The notes under the pieces are model-generated. The model was not told the origin of the DNA, did not search any database, and saw only the letters and a list, made by a program, of their open reading frames with translations. The translations under genes and the position numbers were made by a program. A stretch of 64,000 nucleotides of DNA from an uncultured virus (IMG/VR IMGVR_UViG_3300034158_000001) (lineage: Duplodnaviria > Heunggongvirae > Uroviricota > Caudoviricetes), in the IMG/VR virus record IMGVR_UViG_3300034158_000001; one strand, 5' to 3'. This document shows positions 9,051-17,577 of this stretch, one piece after another (positions within the stretch are counted from its first letter, which is position 1; each line of letters begins with the position of its first letter).

Positions 9051-9937
9051 TATTGAGTCTCCATTTCAAAGTATTTTTCGATAACCGCACGGCGATCACC
9101 TTCTGAGGTAGCTTTCCACTTCTCTTCATCCCACCAACGAGTGATATAATGAACGATGTCGTAGAACTCTTCATCCAGAGTTTTCAAGAACTCCTCTTTA
9201 TTGGTAAACATCTGAGTCACTTTCTTGTGGCCCATCCGCATCAAGAACTTCTTGCTCAGGTAGTGTGGAGATTTGATCTTCATGACAGTTTCCCGTGTAG
9301 CAGCATCAATCACCATCCAGCCTTCATGCTCACAGGTCTTCACTTGCTCCCACAGCTCACCGAAGGTTCCACGGAACGTCTCTGGTCGCAGAGATTTAAG
9401 GTAGTGTGCCTCTTGGTCTAGCCAAGCCTCTGTCATCATAGAGCCAGTGTTCATAGAACGCGCACCAATTAGCCAAGCACCCTCACCCTCTTCTACGATA
9501 TGTGGATCAGTCGGATCACAAATCTCAAACAGGTATGTTAGCTCTGCGTCCATTTCGGTATAAACCAGCTTCTCAATGTGAGATCGAGCCAGCACAGCGA
9601 AGTCCGAGTCCAGCGAGCCAGTTGTCGAAACAAGCAACTCGCCATTCCAATAACGACATGCTGCCATGAAGCCGTTCACCTTACGCGGAGCAACAATCTT
9701 TGTATCTGGAGTCAACTCAAGGCCAGCCCCATTCTCTTTGTAGTTGAACACCTTCGTGAAGGGCCAGATCACCTTGTTACCAGCATCGTCTAGCACAAGG
9801 CCACGTGCTTCCAACAGAAGAGGGTCAGTGTTCCAAAGTGCGTCATAGAACACATTTCGAGAGTACTTGAACACGGATAGACCGTTGTCGTAACGCTTCT
9901 GCTTTACTAGCCCAGCTTTAATCAATGCCGTAAACAT
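9050..9937 (-). CDS. RNA ligase 1 (T4 Rnl1-like)
   Basis: EARGLVLD, PFTKVFN, KVNG (motif I), TYLFEI, EGWMV and KIKS motifs. Confidence 0.85.
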   Translation of the reverse strand: MFTALIKAGLVKQKRYDNGLSVFKYSRNVFYDALWNTDPLLLEARGLVLDDAGNKVIWPFTKVFNYKENGAGLELTPDTKIVAPRKVNGFMAACRYWNGELLVSTTGSLDSDFAVLARSHIEKLVYTEMDAELTYLFEICDPTDPHIVEEGEGAWLIGARSMNTGSMMTEAWLDQEAHYLKSLRPETFRGTFGELWEQVKTCEHEGWMVIDAATRETVMKIKSPHYLSKKFLMRMGHKKVTQMFTNKEEFLKTLDEEFYDIVHYITRWWDEEKWKATSEGDRRAVIEKYFEMETQ

Positions 9938-10129
9938 CTATTCCTCCAGTTTCTTATGATGGATGACGTAGGACGTGTCACCGTCCTCAATCTCACGTTC
10001 CTTCTCTTCGAAGGGTCTATCGTCACCCCAGTAGCAGGATTCTACAGCCTTTCGGTAGTCGGTGTAAACCCCACAAACGCAATCCCAGCCCATTTCAGTG
10101 CTAGTTACAACGTACACAAATTGTGCCAT
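9938..10129 (-). CDS. Hypothetical protein
   Basis: ORF starting MAQFVYVV with GGAG RBS. Confidence 0.6.
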   Translation of the reverse strand: MAQFVYVVTSTEMGWDCVCGVYTDYRKAVESCYWGDDRPFEEKEREIEDGDTSYVIHHKKLEE

Positions 10130-10130
10130 G

Positions 10131-10352
10131 TTATTGCTCCAAAGTGATCTTGCCGTCAAAAACACTGAATTCCGTTACAATCCATTGCTCACCATACGCA
10201 CCATCCTCAAGGGAGACACCCGGAAATTCATCACCCATTACGATACCAGTTGCCATTACTACGAATGGCGGAATGTCTTGGTGAATCATCAGTGTACCAG
10301 GCTTTACCTCTGGCAGCACCTTCATTTCTGTGTCAATTGTGATCCTAGCCAT
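10131..10352 (-). CDS. Hypothetical protein
   Basis: 73-aa operon ORF. Confidence 0.6.
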   Translation of the reverse strand: MARITIDTEMKVLPEVKPGTLMIHQDIPPFVVMATGIVMGDEFPGVSLEDGAYGEQWIVTEFSVFDGKITLEQ

Positions 10353-10921
10353 TACTCACGCTCCCCTGTGTGGTGGTCATTTACGACAAATTCTTGCTTA
10401 GCCATATGAATCTTTACTTCTGCCAGCGAGAATACCTGTCGATCAGGATGGTTGTCAATACCTACGTCAAGACGTTTGCCACGTGGAGGCAGCGAACCGT
10501 GACAGTGACCATGAAGATGCCATGCACCGTGGTGTGCCTTGTTCCAAGTCTCGAATGGGTAGTGACACATCACGACCTTAGTGCGGTCGATTGTAATCTC
10601 CTTATAATGACACACTTCGATAACGTGGGCCAGATTAGCCTTTTCAATCTCTTCCCAGAGCCCCTCTTGGCAGTGGTTTCCTTTGATGAAGGTAATCTGC
10701 CCGTTCAGGCTTTTAATCAGCTCAATCATTGCACCAGCCTTCTTGCGGCCAGCGAAGGTGAAGTCACCAAGATGGAACACTTGATCCATCAAGCCGACGC
10801 GGGAGTTCCAACGCTTTACAATCTCAGCGTCTTGTTCCTCATAGGTCCAAGGTCGGTTGCAATATTCGATGATGTTCTTGTGACCAAAATGCAGGTCACT
10901 TGTAAACCAAATCTCACTCAT
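10352..10921 (-). CDS. Calcineurin-like metallophosphoesterase
   Basis: SDLHFGH, LGDF, GNH and LHGHCH motifs. Confidence 0.9.
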   Translation of the reverse strand: MSEIWFTSDLHFGHKNIIEYCNRPWTYEEQDAEIVKRWNSRVGLMDQVFHLGDFTFAGRKKAGAMIELIKSLNGQITFIKGNHCQEGLWEEIEKANLAHVIEVCHYKEITIDRTKVVMCHYPFETWNKAHHGAWHLHGHCHGSLPPRGKRLDVGIDNHPDRQVFSLAEVKIHMAKQEFVVNDHHTGERE

Positions 10922-11096
10922 AGTAGTCTTTCTCCATATCGATGTTCAGGTGCTGGATGATGGTACACATCCGGTGTGCGATGTGTTGCAGACGCGCGTG
11001 CAGGTCTTCCCTTGACTCTAGTAGTTGCAGGTTGTCCTCAAGGATAGCCAACTCTCCGTTAGCATTCTCAATCTTCTGTCGCAGGTAGTCCATCAC
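10914..11096 (-). CDS. Hypothetical protein
   Basis: 60-aa ORF overlapping both neighbours. Confidence 0.55.
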   Translation of the reverse strand: MMDYLRQKIENANGELAILEDNLQLLESREDLHARLQHIAHRMCTIIQHLNIDMEKDYYE

Positions 11097-11611
11097 TCGT
11101 CCCCTTTGTTAAACAGCAATTCTCCAGCCCAGACACCAGCAGTGAGGATAGCCAGTTGCTTTGGATACTTCAGCATGCCCTTTTCACCTTTTGCTCGCTC
11201 TGCTGGATTTGCAGAGCCTGAGCTTTCAAAGCTCTGAGCCAAGTTAGCCATCGTATCACAGATTTTTACCTCACGTGCAATAGCTGACACAATACAGCCA
11301 GCAAGGTAGTGCTCATACTCCATAACTTTTGTCTTGGTTAGACGATTCACAGCATCAGCGACAGCTAGGCCAAATTCATCCTGAATTTGCTTGAAGGTGA
11401 TGCCACAGTCTTCCATCGTGTCATGCAGCCAAGCCACGGCAACGTAAATATGAAGAAGTGGATCACCCTTCATACGGATCATCACATTGGCGACGACCTT
11501 CTCCAGATGGTAACTATAGGGCTTGTCGCCATACATTTGATCACCATGTGCCTTCAGTGCAAAGTTCTTGGCTTTAGCCATAAGGATCACAGTAGGCGTA
11601 AGTTCAATCAT
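11093..11611 (-). CDS. HD-domain hydrolase, SpoT/Mesh1 (small alarmone hydrolase) type
   Basis: AHGDQ..PY..H, LHDTMED, LTK and VKICDTMANL motifs. Confidence 0.8.
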   Translation of the reverse strand: MIELTPTVILMAKAKNFALKAHGDQMYGDKPYSYHLEKVVANVMIRMKGDPLLHIYVAVAWLHDTMEDCGITFKQIQDEFGLAVADAVNRLTKTKVMEYEHYLAGCIVSAIAREVKICDTMANLAQSFESSGSANPAERAKGEKGMLKYPKQLAILTAGVWAGELLFNKGDE

Positions 11612-11640
11612 GTGTCACTCCTTAAAATCTAGCGATAGAG

Positions 11641-11664
11641 AAGCCCTCCTTGTGGGAGGGCTTA
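11641..11664 (-). terminator. Rho-independent terminator
   Basis: AAGCCCTCC/GGAGGGCTT hairpin. Confidence 0.7.
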
Positions 11665-11668
11665 AGAG

Positions 11669-12103
11669 TTATAGGCCGATAAGCCCTTCAACGGTCTTGT
11701 TCAGCGGTACAACCATCACATCAAGTGTCAGCACATTGCCATTCTTGCTCAGCGACAGTTTAACCTGCTTAACGAGCTTAGACGCCTGTGCGAGCTTAAC
11801 ACCTAAAGTGCTGAACCCGTTCACAAGATTTACGCAAGCTGGCTTAACTTCACCAGTGTCTTCATTGACAGACCAGTATTCATCAGCAAGGTTATGCAAT
11901 TTTGCAGCGGTGCTGAAACTCAAGTACTTGTTACCCTTGAATGTACGATCCTTTGTTACAAACCGTCCAGATGTTGATTCATCGTCAAGAGCGTAGCCAA
12001 GTGCGTACATGAAGTTCAGCACAGAGCGTACTTGTACAACGGTTGTGTCCAACACTTCGAATTCTTTTACATCAGTCATATCTTTCTCCTTATTCATAAT
12101 CAC
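11669..12103 (-). CDS. Hypothetical protein
   Basis: ORF of up to 144 aa; real start may be MTDVK. Confidence 0.6.
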   Translation of the reverse strand: MIMNKEKDMTDVKEFEVLDTTVVQVRSVLNFMYALGYALDDESTSGRFVTKDRTFKGNKYLSFSTAAKLHNLADEYWSVNEDTGEVKPACVNLVNGFSTLGVKLAQASKLVKQVKLSLSKNGNVLTLDVMVVPLNKTVEGLIGL

Positions 12104-13262
12104 GAATCACAACACCAGTAGGGAATTGCGGCAGTTTAGTCTTCTTGTAGCGAGACTGGTATCTTACCGTAATCATCTTGCCAATGTAAAGCTCTTTGTT
12201 AGCCAGATATTCAGCTCGTTGAGCCATAGAGCCCAGTGTAACAGTGAAGGTCCGGTCATTCAAGTTGTTTCTCACAACAAAGCATGAACCATCGTCCTTG
12301 GCTTCAATAACGTCAAGGATTTCAAACTCAGCATCAACAAACTCCTTGTACTTCTGAAGATCAGCAGAACGCTTGCCGCTCTCGTACAAACCCTTGAAGT
12401 TACGCAGCATCAGGCCTTCATAGCCACGGTCAACAGAATCATCGTGCTTAACCTTCATGTCAGCTTCATCAGCAACCCAAACGTACTGGGTGATCTGAAT
12501 GCAAGGAGACACAACTGGGATGCCAGTTAGCTCGTCAAGGTCTTTTACACGCTCTGAGAACTCTTTATCAGAGTAGATGTCAAAGATGTGGAACTCCAGC
12601 TTAGGGCGAATCTCATGGATCAGGTAAGCCTCTTCCACTTCATCACAAGCAAGCTTATGCTTCTCAGCATTGTAAGGGACAGCATACCGGGCCTTCTCAG
12701 CCTTCTTTACAGCAGCATCAATCTTAGCTTGAGTATCAGTACGACCTACAGCAGAGGTAATATCTTGTAGGCATTCTCCATGCAGATAGATTTCACCATC
12801 CCAGATATCTCCATCACGCATATGGATGGATAGGGCAGCATGGATATGTGGAAGGTTATAAGTCTGCGATGTGCGAGACTCAATGGTAACAACACCATTA
12901 CGTTTCTTCGCCAGGGCACGCACGCCGTCATATTTATCAGAACCGAAGCATGGATATACAACACTCTTACCACGCTTACGGTAGTCAGCGGCAAGCATAG
13001 CCAAGATGTCAAGGTTTTCAAGATCAACCTTGTTCTCGCGGTAGTTCTTATCTTCTTGCTTCTTTATGCGAGCACGTGCCTCAAGATCAGCTTGCTCTCC
13101 AAGTGTACGGCCTTGTTTGCCTTCACTAATATGCTCGTTCTTGATGGTTATCTTACCACCAAGCTTGCCGTGACTGATAGTGATTTCACCAGCTTCAGAT
13201 GTGGTAATCGTCCAAACCTTGAAGCCACCTTTCTTGTCAAGCCCGTAAAGTGTCTTAATCAT
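12090..13262 (-). CDS. ATP-dependent DNA ligase
   Basis: KYDGVR, WDGEIY, FHIFDI, EGLMLR, KYK and QFP motifs. Confidence 0.92.
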   Translation of the reverse strand: MIKTLYGLDKKGGFKVWTITTSEAGEITISHGKLGGKITIKNEHISEGKQGRTLGEQADLEARARIKKQEDKNYRENKVDLENLDILAMLAADYRKRGKSVVYPCFGSDKYDGVRALAKKRNGVVTIESRTSQTYNLPHIHAALSIHMRDGDIWDGEIYLHGECLQDITSAVGRTDTQAKIDAAVKKAEKARYAVPYNAEKHKLACDEVEEAYLIHEIRPKLEFHIFDIYSDKEFSERVKDLDELTGIPVVSPCIQITQYVWVADEADMKVKHDDSVDRGYEGLMLRNFKGLYESGKRSADLQKYKEFVDAEFEILDVIEAKDDGSCFVVRNNLNDRTFTVTLGSMAQRAEYLANKELYIGKMITVRYQSRYKKTKLPQFPTGVVIRDYE

Positions 13263-13495
13263 TCGTCGTCTCCCATCTCATTGATTCGTTTCCAGAGTTC
13301 ACGTTCCCACTCCCCAACGTCTTCATCACTGTAGAGAACATTTACAGTGGCGCTGCTAACCCACGCAAGTTCCTCTCCCAAGTCTTTTTCAACAAGGTCA
13401 ACAAAATCCTCCACACCATCTACCTGATCATAGGTAAATAGGTAGTCATCTCCAGACTCAGTTTTAAGATGTACAGAAACGATTGTCACGCTCAT
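13259..13495 (-). CDS. Hypothetical acidic protein
   Basis: 78-aa operon ORF. Confidence 0.6.
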   Translation of the reverse strand: MSVTIVSVHLKTESGDDYLFTYDQVDGVEDFVDLVEKDLGEELAWVSSATVNVLYSDEDVGEWERELWKRINEMGDDE

Positions 13496-13887
13496 AGCTT
13501 TTCCACCTCCACGTTATACTTTCTTAGGTAATTAATGCCAGTTGTCAAGCGATATTCATCCCTATAAACGACGCGCCTGATCCCTGCCCTAACCAGCAAC
13601 TTGGAGCACTCCAAGCAAGGTGAGAGAGTAACATACATTGTCGCCCCTTTGGTTGATAGTCCCTGCTCCAGGCATTTCCCTAACGAATTAAGTTCGGCAT
13701 GTACAACCTCTGGATTCCCGTCAGGTGAGAATTCCCATTCATTAGGTCCACCACTTGCATGCCCGTTGAATCCACCCGATACGACTCCTGACGCCAGTAC
13801 GAGAGCACAGCCCACATGCGTGCGGGGGCAATGAGATTCATTTGCGTAGGCTTCTGCCGTTGCCATGTGCATTTTGTCATACTTCAC
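13492..13887 (-). CDS. dCMP deaminase
   Basis: HAELN and SPCLEC zinc-binding motifs. Confidence 0.9.
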   Translation of the reverse strand: MKYDKMHMATAEAYANESHCPRTHVGCALVLASGVVSGGFNGHASGGPNEWEFSPDGNPEVVHAELNSLGKCLEQGLSTKGATMYVTLSPCLECSKLLVRAGIRRVVYRDEYRLTTGINYLRKYNVEVEKL

Positions 13888-14078
13888 ATAACCTCCTTAT
13901 GTCTAAAAGTTATCTGGTATATCTCGTAAGGCAACTCATGCAGTGTCTGCCTCCAGCTAAGAATCCAGACATTGTGATTTAGCACAGAATACACTTCACC
14001 GTCCCAGCCACCCATCTTCTCGCGTGGCTTCTCTTTGTACGCACACCAAGTGCCACACGGATGTTGGGCGATCCACAT
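13884..14078 (-). CDS. Hypothetical protein
   Basis: 64-aa operon ORF. Confidence 0.55.
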   Translation of the reverse strand: MWIAQHPCGTWCAYKEKPREKMGGWDGEVYSVLNHNVWILSWRQTLHELPYEIYQITFRHKEVM

Positions 14079-14299
14079 TATGGATAGACCACGATCACAG
14101 GTTGGAACTCTTCGCCGTACTCTTCAGCCTCAGCCAGAGAGTCAACGGTTGATTGGAGGTCTTCACTCACATATGTGAAGTCTGCTCCACGAATCATGTC
14201 ATACGAGTTACCTTCTTGATCGGCTTGCCCAATAACAGTCAGATCACCGTGTTCAGCAATCATGGTTGCAAGTTGTACCATCAGTTGACTAGCTTTCAT
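14078..14299 (-). CDS. Hypothetical protein
   Basis: 73-aa ORF, DQEGN motif. Confidence 0.6.
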   Translation of the reverse strand: MKASQLMVQLATMIAEHGDLTVIGQADQEGNSYDMIRGADFTYVSEDLQSTVDSLAEAEEYGEEFQPVIVVYP

Positions 14300-14640
14300 C
14301 GTTTTTGTCCTCTTCGTGTGTCGGTTCCGAAGGCAGGTTTGCTGTCTTCACCAAGTGGTTTGCCCTTCTGTAGGCGGCTCGTATTTACGGAGTATCTACC
14401 TTTACCATACTCGCTGTCAATCCAATCTTGAGCCACCTGCCGCTTTGCAGTGTGCACAAACACGTAGTTCCCGGCTGCGTCTTTGATAAAGAATGTGGCA
14501 GGAGGGATAAACTCCCAAGCGGCGAACTCAGCGTAGCTTACAAGGGTAATCTTCTGCTTGTCAACCCTGTAAGCCTTATAAATGTTCTCCTTGGCGTGCA
14601 TGGCCTCAACAACTTGATCCATCAGACTAGCTTTACTCAT
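14296..14640 (-). CDS. Hypothetical protein
   Basis: Start at MSKASL with GGAGG RBS. Confidence 0.65.
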   Translation of the reverse strand: MSKASLMDQVVEAMHAKENIYKAYRVDKQKITLVSYAEFAAWEFIPPATFFIKDAAGNYVFVHTAKRQVAQDWIDSEYGKGRYSVNTSRLQKGKPLGEDSKPAFGTDTRRGQKR

Positions 14641-14705
14641 AAACCCTCCAAGCAGACATAAAAATGGCCGGCTGTCCAAAGGACGACCGGCTCATGGGGT
14701 GAATC

Positions 14706-15317
14706 TTACTTAACGAAGTCAGGTGTGTCAAGACCTTCTTCTGACTCTCTTGCGTAGGCTTCACGTAGCGCCTCACGGTACTCAGAGAAGGCCGTCAGTC
14801 GGTCTGCCAGCTCGTCTCCCTCAAAGTACAACTCCTTGCCATCAATCACACGCTCAATCTCTTCCTCAGAAAGGAAACCAGCATAGGTTGAACGTACAAA
14901 ACGAGCAATCATTTTGTCGTTGTGATCAACGTTTGCCTTAACGTGAGGAGCGATACCAGCGTAGCCATAGCTAGCTGTGTGTACCATGAAAGATGACATT
15001 TCGTCAATCTCCCATTCGTCGCACGCAAGGGCAATTGCTGTAGCAGCACTAGCACACGTTGGTCCGATGTAAGCAACTGTGTGGGCTGCTGTACTGGTGA
15101 TAGCACGACAGATTAAATGACCTGTGTCCAAACTACCACCCGGAGAAATAATCTCGATATTAATCACGTCACGCTCGCCAGCGGCAGCAAAGAGTTGAAA
15201 CTCTTCTTCGAAGTCATCAGGTTCTGTGATTGCACGAGCTAGTCTTAGTCTATACTCGTTTACAACGTGCTGGTTAACCATAATGCGGTTAGGTTTATTT
15301 CCAATTTCCTCACTCAT
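14706..15317 (-). CDS. ClpP-like serine protease
   Basis: ISPGGS, CASAAT (catalytic Ser) and FMVH motifs. Confidence 0.8.
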   Translation of the reverse strand: MSEEIGNKPNRIMVNQHVVNEYRLRLARAITEPDDFEEEFQLFAAAGERDVINIEIISPGGSLDTGHLICRAITSTAAHTVAYIGPTCASAATAIALACDEWEIDEMSSFMVHTASYGYAGIAPHVKANVDHNDKMIARFVRSTYAGFLSEEEIERVIDGKELYFEGDELADRLTAFSEYREALREAYARESEEGLDTPDFVK

Positions 15318-16071
15318 GTTTCTTTCCCTCCCGTTCGTCCTTCTCAAATGCGATGATCCAATCCTTGCAGGCTTGGCTACGCTCGATGTCATTTACATGG
15401 TTGAAGTCGATAAAACCAATTTCAAGATGTGAGTGGCGTGAAGCCATATCTGTCAGCATCTTTAAACCGCTGTGGGATTTAAGGGCACTTTGGCTAACAT
15501 CACCAGAGATAACCATCTTACAGTCCTTACCCTGGCGGGTAACAATGTTCTTGGCTTCCTCTTGGTTAATGTCTTCGCCTTCGTCAACAATAAAGAAACA
15601 CTTCTCAGCACTAAAACCTTTCAACACTTCAAGTGGCACATACTGAATGTTTCCATTTTCAATGGCTGTCTCAAGTCCACCAGGCGTTAGGCGATCCTTC
15701 AAGATATTGATTACTGGCATCAGCCACATCTCCATCTTCTCAAGTGCACTCCCCTTGAACATCCCAAGACTCTTTGAGTTAGAAACGTTGGGACGCACGA
15801 ACACAATCTTGTCGATTTCACCTTTAAGGTAGGCATCACACGCCATGACTGTTGGGATATACGTCTTAGACGTGCCCGCGTAGCCTGTGGCGATTGTTAG
15901 AGGGTTTTCGTTGATGCTCTGAATGTAGGCACGTTGCTTCTCGTTGCGAGGCGTCAGAGGCTTTGTGTTAGCTGCACGTTGTTCAACAAACTTAGACTGA
16001 ACCTCACGTCCCTTTTCTTCCTTTACTTCCCAGCGTTTACCGAGAACCTTTGCTTGGTTTCTTTTAGCCAT
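15310..16071 (-). CDS. phoH: PhoH-family ATPase
   Basis: GYAGTSKT, RP, IVDEGED, TRQG and GDVSQS motifs. Confidence 0.9.
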   Translation of the reverse strand: MAKRNQAKVLGKRWEVKEEKGREVQSKFVEQRAANTKPLTPRNEKQRAYIQSINENPLTIATGYAGTSKTYIPTVMACDAYLKGEIDKIVFVRPNVSNSKSLGMFKGSALEKMEMWLMPVINILKDRLTPGGLETAIENGNIQYVPLEVLKGFSAEKCFFIVDEGEDINQEEAKNIVTRQGKDCKMVISGDVSQSALKSHSGLKMLTDMASRHSHLEIGFIDFNHVNDIERSQACKDWIIAFEKDEREGKKHE

Positions 16072-16110
16072 TATGCACCTCCATGAAAATGGGGCCGAAA
16101 CCCCTGAAAA

Positions 16111-16464
16111 TCATTCTGCTTCTTCAGCCTCTGGAATCATAGCCATAAGAATTCGGATACGTTCATCGTGAACGGCCTCACTAACTTGGTGAGAGACGAA
16201 GATAACTTTGTTGAATTCTTCGCTTTTCATAATCTTGTCGACACGCTTGATTGTTGCGAAATCAACACTCTCCAAGAAAGCCTTACCGATAATCTCGGTG
16301 TACGCATCAAGGTCAACCATCGCAAGAAGTTGCTCGGCCAGCTCTGGAGTAAGTGTGAGCCCTTGTGCATCTAGGATAGGGAAGAGTGCGTTACCAAGAT
16401 CATTCTTTGCAAACTCGTAGAAGAATTCACGTTGTGCTTTTGTCAGTTTTGTAGCTTTTGTCAT
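16111..16464 (-). CDS. Hypothetical protein
   Basis: 117-aa ORF with GGAG RBS. Confidence 0.65.
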   Translation of the reverse strand: MTKATKLTKAQREFFYEFAKNDLGNALFPILDAQGLTLTPELAEQLLAMVDLDAYTEIIGKAFLESVDFATIKRVDKIMKSEEFNKVIFVSHQVSEAVHDERIRILMAMIPEAEEAE

Positions 16465-16466
16465 AA

Positions 16467-16661
16467 TCAGGCTCCTAAAAGTTCAATATCGAAAAGTCGT
16501 TCACGTGTCTCAGGGTCACGTTCAGAGGGCATAATAAGTCCACTCCGCTGTCCAGTTTGTATCTCTCTAAGCAAATTTTTGTAGTGCTCTAAGACTTCTT
16601 TATCTTCTACACTCGCGTCTCTACGCAAATATCGTTGTGGCATTCTCAGTATAAGCAACAT
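16467..16661 (-). CDS. Hypothetical protein
   Basis: 64-aa operon ORF. Confidence 0.55.
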   Translation of the reverse strand: MLLILRMPQRYLRRDASVEDKEVLEHYKNLLREIQTGQRSGLIMPSERDPETRERLFDIELLGA

Positions 16662-17086
16662 TATTCACCTCCAATCTCTTCAATAGTCTGTTCTGCTTTT
16701 AGGGATTTCTTTGCCTGAGTTTTCTTCACAGGTTTAGATGCAGCATCCTCAGTAGGCTTCAGACGCATCTGGACGCTCTTGAAGCTGCGTTCATCGAAGA
16801 AGTGTGCACCGTATAAGTCAAACTCGTAACCAGCCTCCACGAAGCTCTCAAGCAGTTTGAGGAAAGGCAACGCCTCGTAGTGCTCTACCCTTCCATTTGA
16901 GTCGGCAGGAATGTCTACCAAGGTTCCGCGAGGTTCTTTAAAGAGTCGTACCTGATGATGGTATGCACCAAAAAATGGCACACCCTCGTTTGTGTTACGG
17001 ACTGCGTATCCTTCAGATAATTTTTCACAAACTGTATTGACGAAACCGATAGGGTTGTGGTCAACTACATCAACAAATTCTACCAC
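16661..17086 (-). CDS. Hypothetical protein
   Basis: GTG start after AAGGAG, downstream of the promoter at 17119-17146. Confidence 0.6.
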   Translation of the reverse strand: MVEFVDVVDHNPIGFVNTVCEKLSEGYAVRNTNEGVPFFGAYHHQVRLFKEPRGTLVDIPADSNGRVEHYEALPFLKLLESFVEAGYEFDLYGAHFFDERSFKSVQMRLKPTEDAASKPVKKTQAKKSLKAEQTIEEIGGE

Positions 17087-17118
17087 CTTGTTCTCCTTGT
17101 GTTCTTGAATAAGTTCTG

Positions 17119-17146
17119 ATAGTATCACGGTATCTCCAATTGTCAA
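17119..17146 (-). promoter_or_regulatory. Promoter TTGACA-N16-TACTAT (leftward)
   Basis: Direct reading; one half of a divergent pair. Confidence 0.7.
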
Positions 17147-17159
17147 GCTATGATTTATA

Positions 17160-17188
17160 TTGACTTTCGGAGTTTGTGGTGGTAGGAT
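17160..17188 (+). promoter_or_regulatory. Promoter TTGACT-N17-TAGGAT driving ncRNA copy 1
   Basis: Direct reading; predicted TSS ~17195 coincides with the first RNA stem. Confidence 0.7.
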
Positions 17189-17195
17189 GTAAAAG

Positions 17196-17481
17196 CTGAT
17201 GGAGAGAAATGTCGAATGCACTCACCGGCCATCAGGATCAAGCCTATGAAGAGGAAGCTACTGGGCAAGCTGAGTTCTAATCTGATTAAAGCGTAGCGAC
17301 GACACCGAAAGGTGGAATGATCAGAATCTGACGCACCCGCGTCTCCAGCCTGTGCTGGCCGAATGCAATCTCAATCTACGAGGTGCAGGGAAGATAGAAC
17401 CAAGGAAGGTCTAGGCGACTAATAATCGTATGGCTTTCCTTGGGACAGTTCTATCTTCCGATACAAAACTCATCTACGAGA
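17196..17481 (+). ncRNA. Putative large structured ncRNA, copy 1 (family unknown to me)
   Basis: Homologous to 50040-50323, with conserved single-stranded motifs and compensatory stem changes. Confidence 0.75.
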
Positions 17482-17577
17482 TAGATCAAGAGCATATAAC
17501 AAACACATACAACCATACTTAACATACTAATACTTAAGGAGATTGTGTGAAATAATACTTTACAGAAGGAACATAAT

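Noticed and set aside
17196..17481. RNase P, group I/II intron, tmRNA or glycine riboswitch identity for the duplicated RNA
   Set aside because: Only fragmentary resemblance (GAGGA, ACAAAAC, GGAGAGA). I could not find P4, P7, domain V, a tag ORF or the aptamer core, and it interrupts no gene. An Rfam scan is still needed.
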